Part shown: piece by piece, positions 9,870-17,601 of the stretch | Numbering within the stretch: position 1 is the stretch's first letter | How the letters are laid out: every line of letters starts with the position of its first letter | Origin: a virus | Taxonomy: Duplodnaviria; Caudoviricetes | Strand: one strand, 5' to 3' | DNA: 55,732 bases | Virus record (IMG/VR): IMGVR_UViG_3300025769_000012 | Coordinates: 1 to 55,732 of that record | Translations under genes and position numbers: made by a program | Notes under the pieces: model-generated | Database searches by the model: none | The model's input: the letters and a program-made list of their open reading frames with translations, nothing else | What the model was told of the DNA's origin: nothing

Positions 9870-11333
9870 TTAATAATACATTCGCACTCTAACAGAGTTT
9901 TGTTCATCTTCCCAGTCATCAGTTGGGAGTTGGACAAAATTTCCTTGCCTATATCGCATAAGAGCCTGCGTCATACTATCAACCAAGTCATCATGCTCCC
10001 CATTCGGAAACGCCGCAACTTCCTCTACTAGCTCATCTGCCCACACCTCATCGGGGGCCCAAACCATACCTGCCTCAAACAAGGGTGAAACACTATGAAC
10101 TCTTGATACCTTATCGTTGCCTCGGCTCGGTGTAAAGTTAACAACAGGTATCCCCATGTTCCGCAATTCGTGCGTCAAAGGCATACCACTCGCCTTCGCC
10201 TCAACAATTACCGTGTCAGGCTCCCAAAATTTGTAATTTTCCAAAGCAACCTGCTTCAACTCCGGGAAATCCCACCTCCCCTTCTTACTGTCCAACAAAA
10301 TCAAATTTGGACCCGAACCACCCTCGTTCGGATAAAACACACCCCACGTCGTAATCGCCGAATAATCCGCCGTCTCACGCTTCGAAAACGCCGTATCATA
10401 ACTCTGGATCACATATTCTAACTGCGGAACCTTCGGCTTGTCCCAAACACGCCACCACTCCCGCTTGATAATCGCGTTCTCTTCACCCGTAGGATTTTGC
10501 TGATACTGCGCGTTCCACTTGCTCGGTGGAATAGACGCCTTAACCGCAGTCAAATCCTCCAAACTCCAAAACTCAGGCCAACACGGAGTCCCATCCTCAA
10601 AAATTGCAGGTAATTCAACAACTTCCCATTGATCCGCTAACGGGTCTTTAGCCATCGCCTTCAATAACTGACCCGTCATGTCCTTCTCAGACCACCGCGT
10701 CTGAACCAAAACAATCGAACCACCCGGCTGAAGACGCTGTCGGGGGCCCCCAGTGTACCAATCCCAAGCATCGTCAAAACCACTATTGCTCATAGCAGTC
10801 TGCTCAGAATGAGGGTCATCGATAATCACCAAGTCACCACCACGACCCGCCAAGTTTGAACCAACACCAACCGCGTAGTACATACCACCCTTGTTCGTGT
10901 CCCAACGTCCACTCGCCTTACTATCCGCAGCTAACTTAACCTCCGGGAAAATCTCCCGAAACTCATCACTCTCAATCAAATTCTTCGTCTTACGGCCAAA
11001 GTTAACCGCCAACTCAGTCGTGTGCGTCGCCTGAATGATCTTCTTCTTAGGATCACGGCCCATGAACCACGCCGGAAACAAAAAAGACGCAAACTCACTC
11101 TTCGTGTGCCGCGGGGCCATGTTGATAATCAGACGCTTCAACTCGCCACGAGCCACCCGCTCAAGCTTCTCTGCAATGATCCGGTGATGACGGCCCGCGA
11201 TGAAGTCAGGCCAAACTGTTTTCACGAAAGTTAAAAAATCATCTTGGCACTTCTCGTTCTTTTCGAGCTGCGCGAGCCGCAGTTCAAGCTTCAATTTTTT
11301 CTCTTCTAAGGCTGGATTTGCTGCTGCACTCAT
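9870..11333 (-). CDS. terL: Terminase large subunit
   Basis: MAPRHTKS Walker A, IIDDP Walker B, QTRW coupling motif, SYDTA and HDDLVD nuclease motifs. Confidence 0.95.
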   Translation of the reverse strand: MSAAANPALEEKKLKLELRLAQLEKNEKCQDDFLTFVKTVWPDFIAGRHHRIIAEKLERVARGELKRLIINMAPRHTKSEFASFLFPAWFMGRDPKKKIIQATHTTELAVNFGRKTKNLIESDEFREIFPEVKLAADSKASGRWDTNKGGMYYAVGVGSNLAGRGGDLVIIDDPHSEQTAMSNSGFDDAWDWYTGGPRQRLQPGGSIVLVQTRWSEKDMTGQLLKAMAKDPLADQWEVVELPAIFEDGTPCWPEFWSLEDLTAVKASIPPSKWNAQYQQNPTGEENAIIKREWWRVWDKPKVPQLEYVIQSYDTAFSKRETADYSAITTWGVFYPNEGGSGPNLILLDSKKGRWDFPELKQVALENYKFWEPDTVIVEAKASGMPLTHELRNMGIPVVNFTPSRGNDKVSRVHSVSPLFEAGMVWAPDEVWADELVEEVAAFPNGEHDDLVDSMTQALMRYRQGNFVQLPTDDWEDEQNSVRVRMYY

Positions 11334-11370
11334 AGGGGCCCCTAGCTAACTTTTCATACGCAGTTTTTAA

Positions 11371-11386
11371 TGTTTCACGTGAAACA
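11371..11386. promoter_or_regulatory. parS: parS-like site 1 (TGTTTCACGTGAAACA)
   Basis: Perfect 16-bp palindrome identical to the bacterial chromosomal parS consensus; intergenic. Confidence 0.85.
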
Positions 11387-11394
11387 TTCACGCG

Positions 11395-11410
11395 TGTTCC
11401 ACGTGGAACA
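11395..11410. promoter_or_regulatory. parS: parS-like site 2 (TGTTCCACGTGGAACA)
   Basis: Second perfect 16-bp palindrome, a known parS variant, 8 bp from site 1. Confidence 0.85.
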
Positions 11411-11869
11411 TAGCACGAAATATATGCGATTTTAACCGCAAATATAAGACAGTTAAAGCCCGTTCAAAAAATCACGTAATTATTTGCGAGAAACATGGCC
11501 CTAGCCACCGTGACGTCGGCCCGGGGGCGGGGGTCGCGGCGCGGCGATTTCGGCCTTCGATCTGTGCCTTTTGACCCGATAGCTAGGGGCCCCTGCCCGT
11601 TTTTCTCGGCCTTCGGATGTCGGCCCGCGGTCCATCCGGTGCGGCGATTGCCGGTCGATCCGGTGCCCGCGATCCGGTGCCCGGTGCCCTCGGCCCTTGG
11701 CTAATTTGCACCGGCTGGGCTGCTCGATCCATGCAGCGCGGCGGGCGGATAACTGACACCGGCCAGCGATAACCGGCACCGGCTGGGGGTGCGCGGGGCG
11801 CGGCCCGTAGGTTTTGCCCTGGGGGCGCGGCCCTTGGCCCGGCTTGTTTAACTGTTAATCACCAGACAT

Positions 11870-11893
11870 AAAAAAGGCCGCCCGAAGGCGGCC
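11870..11893 (-). terminator. Intrinsic terminator (repeated family)
   Basis: GGCCGCC-TTCG-GGCGGCC-TTTTTT on the minus strand. Confidence 0.9.
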
Positions 11894-11915
11894 AGTGTTG
11901 CGCGGTGGCGGTGGT

Positions 11916-12320
11916 TTAGCTGATGTCGATATTCACGATAATATCGCCGTCGCGGATCATGTCTCGGACAGTGTCTCGGATTTCATCGTCGCCGGTATGG
12001 TCACCCTCTAACCGCTCGACGCGGTCGCGTAGGTCTTCCAGCGGGCGGCATTGCTCGACGGCATCGTCAATCATCCTTTCCAGCTCGGGCCGGATAATGG
12101 CCAGCAACGCGGCGGCGGCCTCGTCGCGCTGGGTGCGTATGCTTTGAATTTCGCCGCTCATCTGGTTAACGCTGCGCTCGATCCGCTCGGCATAGTCGCG
12201 CAGGTTTTTGAGATCATGCGCGGCTGCGTCGAGATCGTGGGCAAGGTCGGTCTGGTCAGTCAGTCGGACATTGCTTGCGATTGCGTGTAGGTGGTCGGGG
12301 TTTGTTTTTAGTTCGATCAT
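11916..12320 (-). CDS. Early hypothetical coiled-coil protein
   Basis: 134 aa with its own promoter, CTACGGAGG RBS and terminator. Confidence 0.8.
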   Translation of the reverse strand: MIELKTNPDHLHAIASNVRLTDQTDLAHDLDAAAHDLKNLRDYAERIERSVNQMSGEIQSIRTQRDEAAAALLAIIRPELERMIDDAVEQCRPLEDLRDRVERLEGDHTGDDEIRDTVRDMIRDGDIIVNIDIS

Positions 12321-12367
12321 GGCTTGCGCCCTCCGTAGGTTAAAGTTGCGACGGGTTGCCCCCCGTC

Positions 12368-12404
12368 GTCTGCGATTATATGCGATAACTTTTTAAAAAG
12401 TAAA
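12368..12404 (-). promoter_or_regulatory. Sigma70-type early promoter
   Basis: TTTACT-18 bp-TATAAT; 37 bp identical to 12932-12968. Confidence 0.8.
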
Positions 12405-12413
12405 TCCCCCAAT

Positions 12414-12436
12414 AAAAAGGCCGCCCGAAGGCGGCC
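12414..12436 (-). terminator. Intrinsic terminator (repeated family)
   Basis: Same hairpin as 11876-11893 plus T-tract. Confidence 0.9.
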
Positions 12437-12460
12437 CAGTGTCCAGCGGTTGCGCTAGGT

Positions 12461-12886
12461 TTAATCAAAGCGGGCGATTTTATAAGGCCCGTCCAAACCG
12501 ATGCGCACTGCGGTTATTCCGTAGTCATAAACAAAACAGAAAACGCGGCCTTCAAAACCAAAACGGGCCAGCGGGTGCAAGTCTGCGTCGTCTTCGTGTT
12601 CGCTGCGGTAGGTGCCCGCATGGTCCAGCGATCCGCCGAAGGGATAGCAAAAGCCGCCCATTCCGTAAACCTCGTCCATTGCCTCGCAGATACCGTCGAG
12701 CGATACGCCCAGCTCGCCGTTAGATACTGACACGCAAGCCTCGCAGAAAAAGTCGGGGATGATCCCGCAAGCCTCGACGATGTCGGCGGGGCGGGCTGCT
12801 CCGATGTTCTGATCCCGTGCGGGATTTAAAACGCGGTCGAGAATGATTTCAGACGGGCGAAAGTTTAAGTTAAATATTTGTGCCAT
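12461..12886 (-). CDS. Early hypothetical protein
   Basis: 141-aa stand-alone cassette with CTACGGAGG RBS. Confidence 0.8.
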   Translation of the reverse strand: MAQIFNLNFRPSEIILDRVLNPARDQNIGAARPADIVEACGIIPDFFCEACVSVSNGELGVSLDGICEAMDEVYGMGGFCYPFGGSLDHAGTYRSEHEDDADLHPLARFGFEGRVFCFVYDYGITAVRIGLDGPYKIARFD

Positions 12887-12931
12887 GTTGGCCTCCGTAG
12901 GTTTTAAGGTTGCCGAGGTTGCCCCCTCGGT

Positions 12932-12968
12932 GTCTGCGATTATATGCGATAACTTTTTAAAAAGTAAA
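12932..12968 (-). promoter_or_regulatory. Sigma70-type early promoter
   Basis: Identical copy of 12368-12404. Confidence 0.8.
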
Positions 12969-12975
12969 GCCCCAT

Positions 12976-13000
12976 AAAAAAGGACCGCCCGAAGGCGGCC
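12976..13000 (-). terminator. Intrinsic terminator (repeated family)
   Basis: CCGCC-TTCG-GGCGG hairpin plus T-tract. Confidence 0.85.
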
Positions 13001-13025
13001 CAGTTACTACGGCGGCGCGGTGGTT

Positions 13026-14216
13026 TTATGCTGCGACTTTGTCCAGCAATGCCCCGGCCTTGCGCTCGATCTCAATGCGGGCGTCTTGGTGGGGGATGTC
13101 GCGGGCGATTGCGGTTATCGCCTGCGCTGCATCCCAAACGGTCTCAACGGGGCGGCCCTCTTCCTCGATGTGGCGGGCTGCCGCTGCTTTGGCCATGCGT
13201 CCAGACAATCCGGCGCGCTTAGTCAAAAAGGCCAAGCGGTCGTCGTCATCGCTGGCCACCTTCGCGGCCTTCGCTGCTTGCACACCCTCGACAAACGTCG
13301 CGGTCGATCCGGTCGCAAAAGATTGCAAAGCCGGGCGGGCTTCCATTGCAAACCGATCCGGCGCGAATTTAGTGTGCCGGATTTTGATTTCGTGGAAATT
13401 CTCCACGCCCCAAAGATTGCGGTTCATGCAAACCCCGCGCAGATACATCGCCGCAATGCCTGCGGTTTTGCTGCCGGTCTCACTGTTCCAAGCGTAAAAC
13501 CCGCGGAACATCAAATCGGGCTCGCCGTTCGCAAGCTTGCCGACCTCGATGGGGTTGCGGTCGTCGACAAGGAAAACGAAAACGTCGCGGTCGGATGCGA
13601 AAAGGGTCGTCGTGTCCATGCTTACGGGGATTTCCGGATCATAAACGGCCAAACCGTTTTGGCTGCCGACCATCATGCCGGGCACCTTCCAGCGCCCGCC
13701 CGATGCGTCGACCAATTGTTTAATTGGTTCCAAGATTTCCCAGTCATAAATCCGACCATAGTCGGGGCCAGTTGCCGCCCGCAGTTCGCCGCCGTCTTGC
13801 TGGTGTCCGTAAACTTTGACCAGCTCGCGGCCTCGGTTATAGCGCAAACCCCATTGGATACAGTCCGCCGCAAGCGGGGCGGGCAGGTCTTTCAAATATC
13901 CAGACGGTGCGCCCGCCAGTTGGGCAAGCTGTCCAAAGCTCCAATTGGTGGGGGTGTTGATATGCTCGCGCCCGTTGTCGTCGTCATATTCGACAAAGAT
14001 ATTCCCCGCGCTGGGGCTGCCCTCGTCGATGTCTCCCACAATTTTCATGCGGTGCGTGTCGACGGTGCGCGACGTCATGCGCTGGGCGTCGATCTTTTTA
14101 AAGGCCAGCATATCGTCCAGCGACAAAAACTTTTGATCGTCTGGGCGGCTGAACCATTGCGAAGAAACGGCGCTGTTTCCGATACCATGGGCGAAAGCGT
14201 TAGTTGTGTAAGTCAT
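13026..14216 (-). CDS. DUF932-family protein
   Basis: 396 aa; WFSRPDD, PTNWSFGQL, YGRIYD, ASDRDVFVFL, WNSETG, VCMNRNLWG, IRH motifs. Confidence 0.75.
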   Translation of the reverse strand: MTYTTNAFAHGIGNSAVSSQWFSRPDDQKFLSLDDMLAFKKIDAQRMTSRTVDTHRMKIVGDIDEGSPSAGNIFVEYDDDNGREHINTPTNWSFGQLAQLAGAPSGYLKDLPAPLAADCIQWGLRYNRGRELVKVYGHQQDGGELRAATGPDYGRIYDWEILEPIKQLVDASGGRWKVPGMMVGSQNGLAVYDPEIPVSMDTTTLFASDRDVFVFLVDDRNPIEVGKLANGEPDLMFRGFYAWNSETGSKTAGIAAMYLRGVCMNRNLWGVENFHEIKIRHTKFAPDRFAMEARPALQSFATGSTATFVEGVQAAKAAKVASDDDDRLAFLTKRAGLSGRMAKAAAARHIEEEGRPVETVWDAAQAITAIARDIPHQDARIEIERKAGALLDKVAA

Positions 14217-14318
14217 GATTTTCTACTCCGTAAAAGTTAAAAGGGCAGACCATTGCCCGGCCTGCCCCTATAATGTCGCATAAACTTGCATACGGTGCAA
14301 GCTTAATTTTTCCAAAAG

Positions 14319-15032
14319 TTATTCCGCCCCGATGTCGCCCGCAACGTGGTGGCGGATGATCGACCGCGGCGGCAGTGATTTAGCAAAGCGCCGCACCTTT
14401 TCCGCGTCGGTCTCGTCGGGCTGGTCGCCGTTCGCAGTGTCTTCCCACCAAATACGGCAGTTGCCCGCATCGGCATAGCATCCCCCGCGGGTCGTCGGGT
14501 CGGCTGCTTTTTTCTTGCTGGGTCCATGCGCTGTAAATCCGATGATGTAATCACGATCCAGACGGGCGCAAAGCGGCACACCGTTGCCACAATCGCGGCA
14601 GGAAAACCCCTCGCGATATTCCGCCGGACACCGCACGATTTTCACACCGAAGGGGGCCGACTGCGTTTTGCTGCCCTGCCAATAGTCTTCGCGCAATACG
14701 ACGACCGACGGCACCCCGTTATAAATTGACGCGGCTGCGGCTGCCGGGCTTTCGGTCGAAAAGTTTATGACGGTCTTGCCCTCTTTCAACTTTTTGCCCC
14801 AGCCATAAACCAGCGGGTCAAAATGTGAATAGGTAAAAGACACACCTTTGCGCGGCACCGCGTCCAGCAATGCGTCCAAATATTCCGCGTCTAATTTCTG
14901 CGCACCTTTGCCGCTGCAATTCATTTTGCAATCGGCTGGGCAGGTTGCGTATTTCTCGCCGCTGCCCGCTCGATAAGTTACCGCGACGCCCTTGGTTTTG
15001 GTTGCCCGGCTCATTTCAACAGTCTTTAACAT
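14319..15032 (-). CDS. Cys-rich Gp88/DUF7227-like protein (possible Fe-S)
   Basis: TCPADCKMNC, FTYSH, INFS, CPAE..CRDC..C, GFTAHG, GCYA, RHHVAGD. Confidence 0.6.
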   Translation of the reverse strand: MLKTVEMSRATKTKGVAVTYRAGSGEKYATCPADCKMNCSGKGAQKLDAEYLDALLDAVPRKGVSFTYSHFDPLVYGWGKKLKEGKTVINFSTESPAAAAASIYNGVPSVVVLREDYWQGSKTQSAPFGVKIVRCPAEYREGFSCRDCGNGVPLCARLDRDYIIGFTAHGPSKKKAADPTTRGGCYADAGNCRIWWEDTANGDQPDETDAEKVRRFAKSLPPRSIIRHHVAGDIGAE

Positions 15033-15080
15033 GGTTTGCCCTCCGTAGTGGTATAAGACTTATCGCATATCATAAGGCAT

Positions 15081-15104
15081 AAAAAAGCCCGCAGTCAAGC
15101 GGGC
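15081..15104 (-). terminator. Intrinsic terminator overlapping the next promoter
   Basis: GCCCGC-TTGACT-GCGGGC-TTTTTT; the loop TTGACT lies 18 bp upstream of TATGAT. Confidence 0.8.
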
Positions 15105-15118
15105 AATTTTCTGGAAAG

Positions 15119-15250
15119 TTATCTTCGCCTTTTTCGGACGCGTTGCTGCGGTCGTTTCATCGGTCGCCCGCGCTTTTGTTTCTCTTCCCATTCGCGGACC
15201 TTGTCGGGGCCATGCTTCAAATATGCCCAGAGTTTTGCGAATATCATCAT
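15119..15250 (-). CDS. Small Arg-rich peptide (43 aa, not in ORF track)
   Basis: MMIFAKLWAYLKHGPDKVREWEEKQKRGRPMKRPQQRVRKRRR; ATGA coupling; ends just before a terminator. Confidence 0.65.
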   Translation of the reverse strand: MMIFAKLWAYLKHGPDKVREWEEKQKRGRPMKRPQQRVRKRRR

Positions 15251-15465
15251 GACGCATCCCCCCAGTCTTTTTGATTCCCGCGCTCTTCCGCATCACGATA
15301 TCCCGCAGAATAGGCGGTGATTTCATCGGGCGTCATATCGGCCAGCTCGACCTTATCGCTGGTGTATGTCGCGCCCACAAAATAATGCGGCTCAAACGGT
15401 CGGCCATAAAAATAGTCTGCGCCGCCTCGGTCATATGGTCCGCCGTGTCTAGTATCATAAGTCAT
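15247..15465 (-). CDS. Small hypothetical protein
   Basis: MTYDTRHGGPYDRGGADYFYGR...; GGAGG RBS upstream of the ATG at 15465. Confidence 0.75.
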   Translation of the reverse strand: MTYDTRHGGPYDRGGADYFYGRPFEPHYFVGATYTSDKVELADMTPDEITAYSAGYRDAEERGNQKDWGDAS

Positions 15466-15580
15466 TAGCTCGACCCTCCCGATCACGCACAATCCGCTCG
15501 GCCACAGCTTTAAAAGCTTCGTCCAAGATTTTTTCCAGCTCTTCGGTCGTCAAGGTTGCCCACTTGTTTACAAATTTCAT
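15455..15580 (-). CDS. Small hypothetical protein (41 aa, not in ORF track)
   Basis: MKFVNKWATLTTEELEKILDEAF...; preceded by CTACGGAGG and TTGATT-17-TAATAT. Confidence 0.65.
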   Translation of the reverse strand: MKFVNKWATLTTEELEKILDEAFKAVAERIVRDREGRANDL

Positions 15581-15623
15581 CTCATATCCTCCGTAGTTAA
15601 AGAGACTATAAGATATTATGCGA

Positions 15624-16085
15624 TTATCTGGGACTAATCAAGCCCAAAATTGTTTCCCAGTCTGGATCGCCCTCGCACTCGAACAGCGGTTCCACCGCCA
15701 TGCCCTCTAGCTTCAGGTCCATTGCGGCGCTGCCGGGGTACAAAAGCACACGCTGCGGCAGGGTCTTAGTTTTCTTTTTCAGCACCAAAACCCAGACGCT
15801 TGCATGTGCATGATTGGAAAGCCACGCGACTTGGTGGGGGCGCAGCTCGACAGCTTTTCCGCCTGTCGCCTTCAGCTCCACAAAGTGAAAGTCTCCGTCT
15901 TCATCACAAAGCAGGACGTCCGGCACACCGGGCATCGCCCACGTTTCAAGCCTCGTCGCTGTAATCTTCCGCGAACTCTTCGTCAGCGCCGTCTTCATCA
16001 TTTGCCAAAAGTCGGACTCTCGCTTTGTCGCGGTTCTGGGAATTGCTTTGTCCTTCGGGAGTAACGTCGATAGTGATCGGGGCAT
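15624..16085 (-). CDS. PD-(D/E)xK nuclease (VRR-NUC/Holliday-junction-resolvase-like)
   Basis: RLE..PGVPD...FVELK...LRPHQVAW; start uncertain because it overlaps the terS 3' end. Confidence 0.8.
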   Translation of the reverse strand: MPRSLSTLLPKDKAIPRTATKRESDFWQMMKTALTKSSRKITATRLETWAMPGVPDVLLCDEDGDFHFVELKATGGKAVELRPHQVAWLSNHAHASVWVLVLKKKTKTLPQRVLLYPGSAAMDLKLEGMAVEPLFECEGDPDWETILGLISPR

Positions 16086-16590
16086 ATTGGTTCTTTATCT
16101 CTTCTAGGGCCTTTAGCACATCGTCCTTGCTCATACTGTCGATGCTGCCGTGGCGGATTTCTGATTTGCTTACATAAATGTCGCCCTGCGCTTGCCCCCG
16201 TCGATACTCAGCTTGGACTGCTGCTGAATATGCGCCGTTCTGCAAAGCCATATCACGGATGCTTTGCAAATCTCTCAGGTGTCGTTGGTACGTCACGCCA
16301 AACTTTTCGTCCAGCTCGGCTCGATAAGCTTGGATGGCTGCAACAACATGCGGGCTTATGTGTGGATTGGTCAGCTCATATGCCCGAGTGTGGGCAGAAC
16401 TTGCAGGATAACCAGCATTGATGGCGGCTTCCCTCATTGTGATCTGGCCGTCCTTCGAGACCAGCTCTTTTACAAAAAGCTCTTGCTTGCGGGTCAAAGG
16501 CTGGGCCTTTGATGCTCGTGGCCGTCCCGGTTTTTTCTTTACCGCGACAGGCACGGATTTAGCGGTGGTCATGTCTTTTCTACGGGCCAT
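15946..16590 (-). CDS. terS: Terminase small subunit
   Basis: LTRKQELFV...AAINAGY...AYELT.P.V N-terminal HTH typical of Terminase_2. Confidence 0.8.
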   Translation of the reverse strand: MARRKDMTTAKSVPVAVKKKPGRPRASKAQPLTRKQELFVKELVSKDGQITMREAAINAGYPASSAHTRAYELTNPHISPHVVAAIQAYRAELDEKFGVTYQRHLRDLQSIRDMALQNGAYSAAVQAEYRRGQAQGDIYVSKSEIRHGSIDSMSKDDVLKALEEIKNQYAPITIDVTPEGQSNSQNRDKARVRLLANDEDGADEEFAEDYSDEA

Positions 16591-16641
16591 GGCATACTCC
16601 AGTTAATAAGCGGTAGTTTGCCACAAACTAGCCCTTTTGTT

Positions 16642-16867
16642 TATATAGAGCCAGAAAAATATTTTTTAAAAAATTTCTCCGCGACCCCCTTAACGCACTT
16701 CTGCCCCTTACTGGTTACACAAACTCTGGTTACGTTACGTTTTTGATTTCTAGTTTATGAAACTTGTAAGTCTATATAACATAAAGGCTTTTTGCCCAAA
16801 GTTACACGGTTACACCGGTTACGGCCATTTTCGCCTAAAAATATTTTTTTATTTCTGGCTCTATATA
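16642..16867. other. Candidate replication origin
   Basis: AT-rich non-coding region with a 16-bp inverted repeat (16642-16657 / 16852-16867) enclosing six GTTAC direct repeats. Confidence 0.6.
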
Positions 16868-16923
16868 TAAGGAACAGGCGTTTTCGGTGTTGCCCCGTGG
16901 GCCGCGATCCGCGATCCGTCCCC

Positions 16924-17085
16924 TTAGAAAGTCGGCTCTTGTCCTGCGTATTCGGGTTTCCACGGTGTTGGCTCGTGATCCGCGGGCTTTGAGGAGGAGA
17001 AGGGGTTCTTAGGTTTTGGCTTGCGGACCCCGAGTTGATCGAGGTCCACTTCGATCCAGAGGGGGAGATCAGTCGTCGGTGTCAT
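16924..17085 (-). CDS. Small hypothetical protein
   Basis: Last ORF of a tightly overlapping operon; start approximate. Confidence 0.5.
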   Translation of the reverse strand: MTPTTDLPLWIEVDLDQLGVRKPKPKNPFSSSKPADHEPTPWKPEYAGQEPTF

Positions 17086-17302
17086 CATCGTCGACGTCCC
17101 ATAGTTCGGCTTGTTCTGGTTCGAGTTCATCTTTCCAGACTACGCCAATGACGTATGTTGAATTGAGGCAGATGGTTGTGTCGTCATCTTCTAGGACGAC
17201 GTGGACGTATTTATCGTCCCAAGCCCATGTTTTGACGTCTCGATAGATCAGGGGTTGGGTTTGTCCTGACGCTGAGTGCATGTTTACTGTGAGTGCTTTC
17301 AT
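17069..17302 (-). CDS. Hypothetical protein
   Basis: 77 aa, GGAGG RBS, ATGA coupling. Confidence 0.7.
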   Translation of the reverse strand: MKALTVNMHSASGQTQPLIYRDVKTWAWDDKYVHVVLEDDDTTICLNSTYVIGVVWKDELEPEQAELWDVDDDDTDD

Positions 17303-17601
17303 TGTTCTTCCTCCGCGATGTACACGCGTTTCATCGGCTTCGTTCTGAAGAAGCCTTTGTACTGTGGATGTTGGTGCATGAACAAACGTGCGTAGAGCGC
17401 GATGTAGTCATTGCTGATTTTGTAGTCGTCTCCGGTGGTGACGATCATGGTCTCCCACCGGATTCGATTAACGATTAGCCAAGCGGACAAGCGAGAGTGT
17501 CCTCGCTCGATAGCTTGGAAGGTGAAGCGTTCGAAGAGTTTGTAGAACTCTGGGTTTTGTTTGTGCCACGCCCACCATTTTTCTTTGAGGTCTTCCTTCA
17601 T
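17299..17601 (-). CDS. Conserved phage hypothetical protein
   Basis: 100 aa; H..NP..Y..F, IRWE, KISND...YAR, FF motifs; ATGA coupling. Confidence 0.8.
   Translation of the reverse strand: MKEDLKEKWWAWHKQNPEFYKLFERFTFQAIERGHSRLSAWLIVNRIRWETMIVTTGDDYKISNDYIALYARLFMHQHPQYKGFFRTKPMKRVYIAEEEQ

Noticed and set aside
11501-11779. 92-aa ORF in the GC-rich tract
   Set aside because: No RBS, lies downstream of a terminator, and the Arg/Pro/Gly composition reflects GC-rich repeats.
11870-13000. Repeated hairpins as integron attC sites or CRISPR repeats
   Set aside because: They are UUCG-loop intrinsic terminators with T-tracts; no integrase present.
13020-14240. Long plus-strand ORFs (also 19701-21047, 49218-50282, 98-700)
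   Set aside because: Antisense shadows of well-supported minus-strand genes, with no recognisable motifs.
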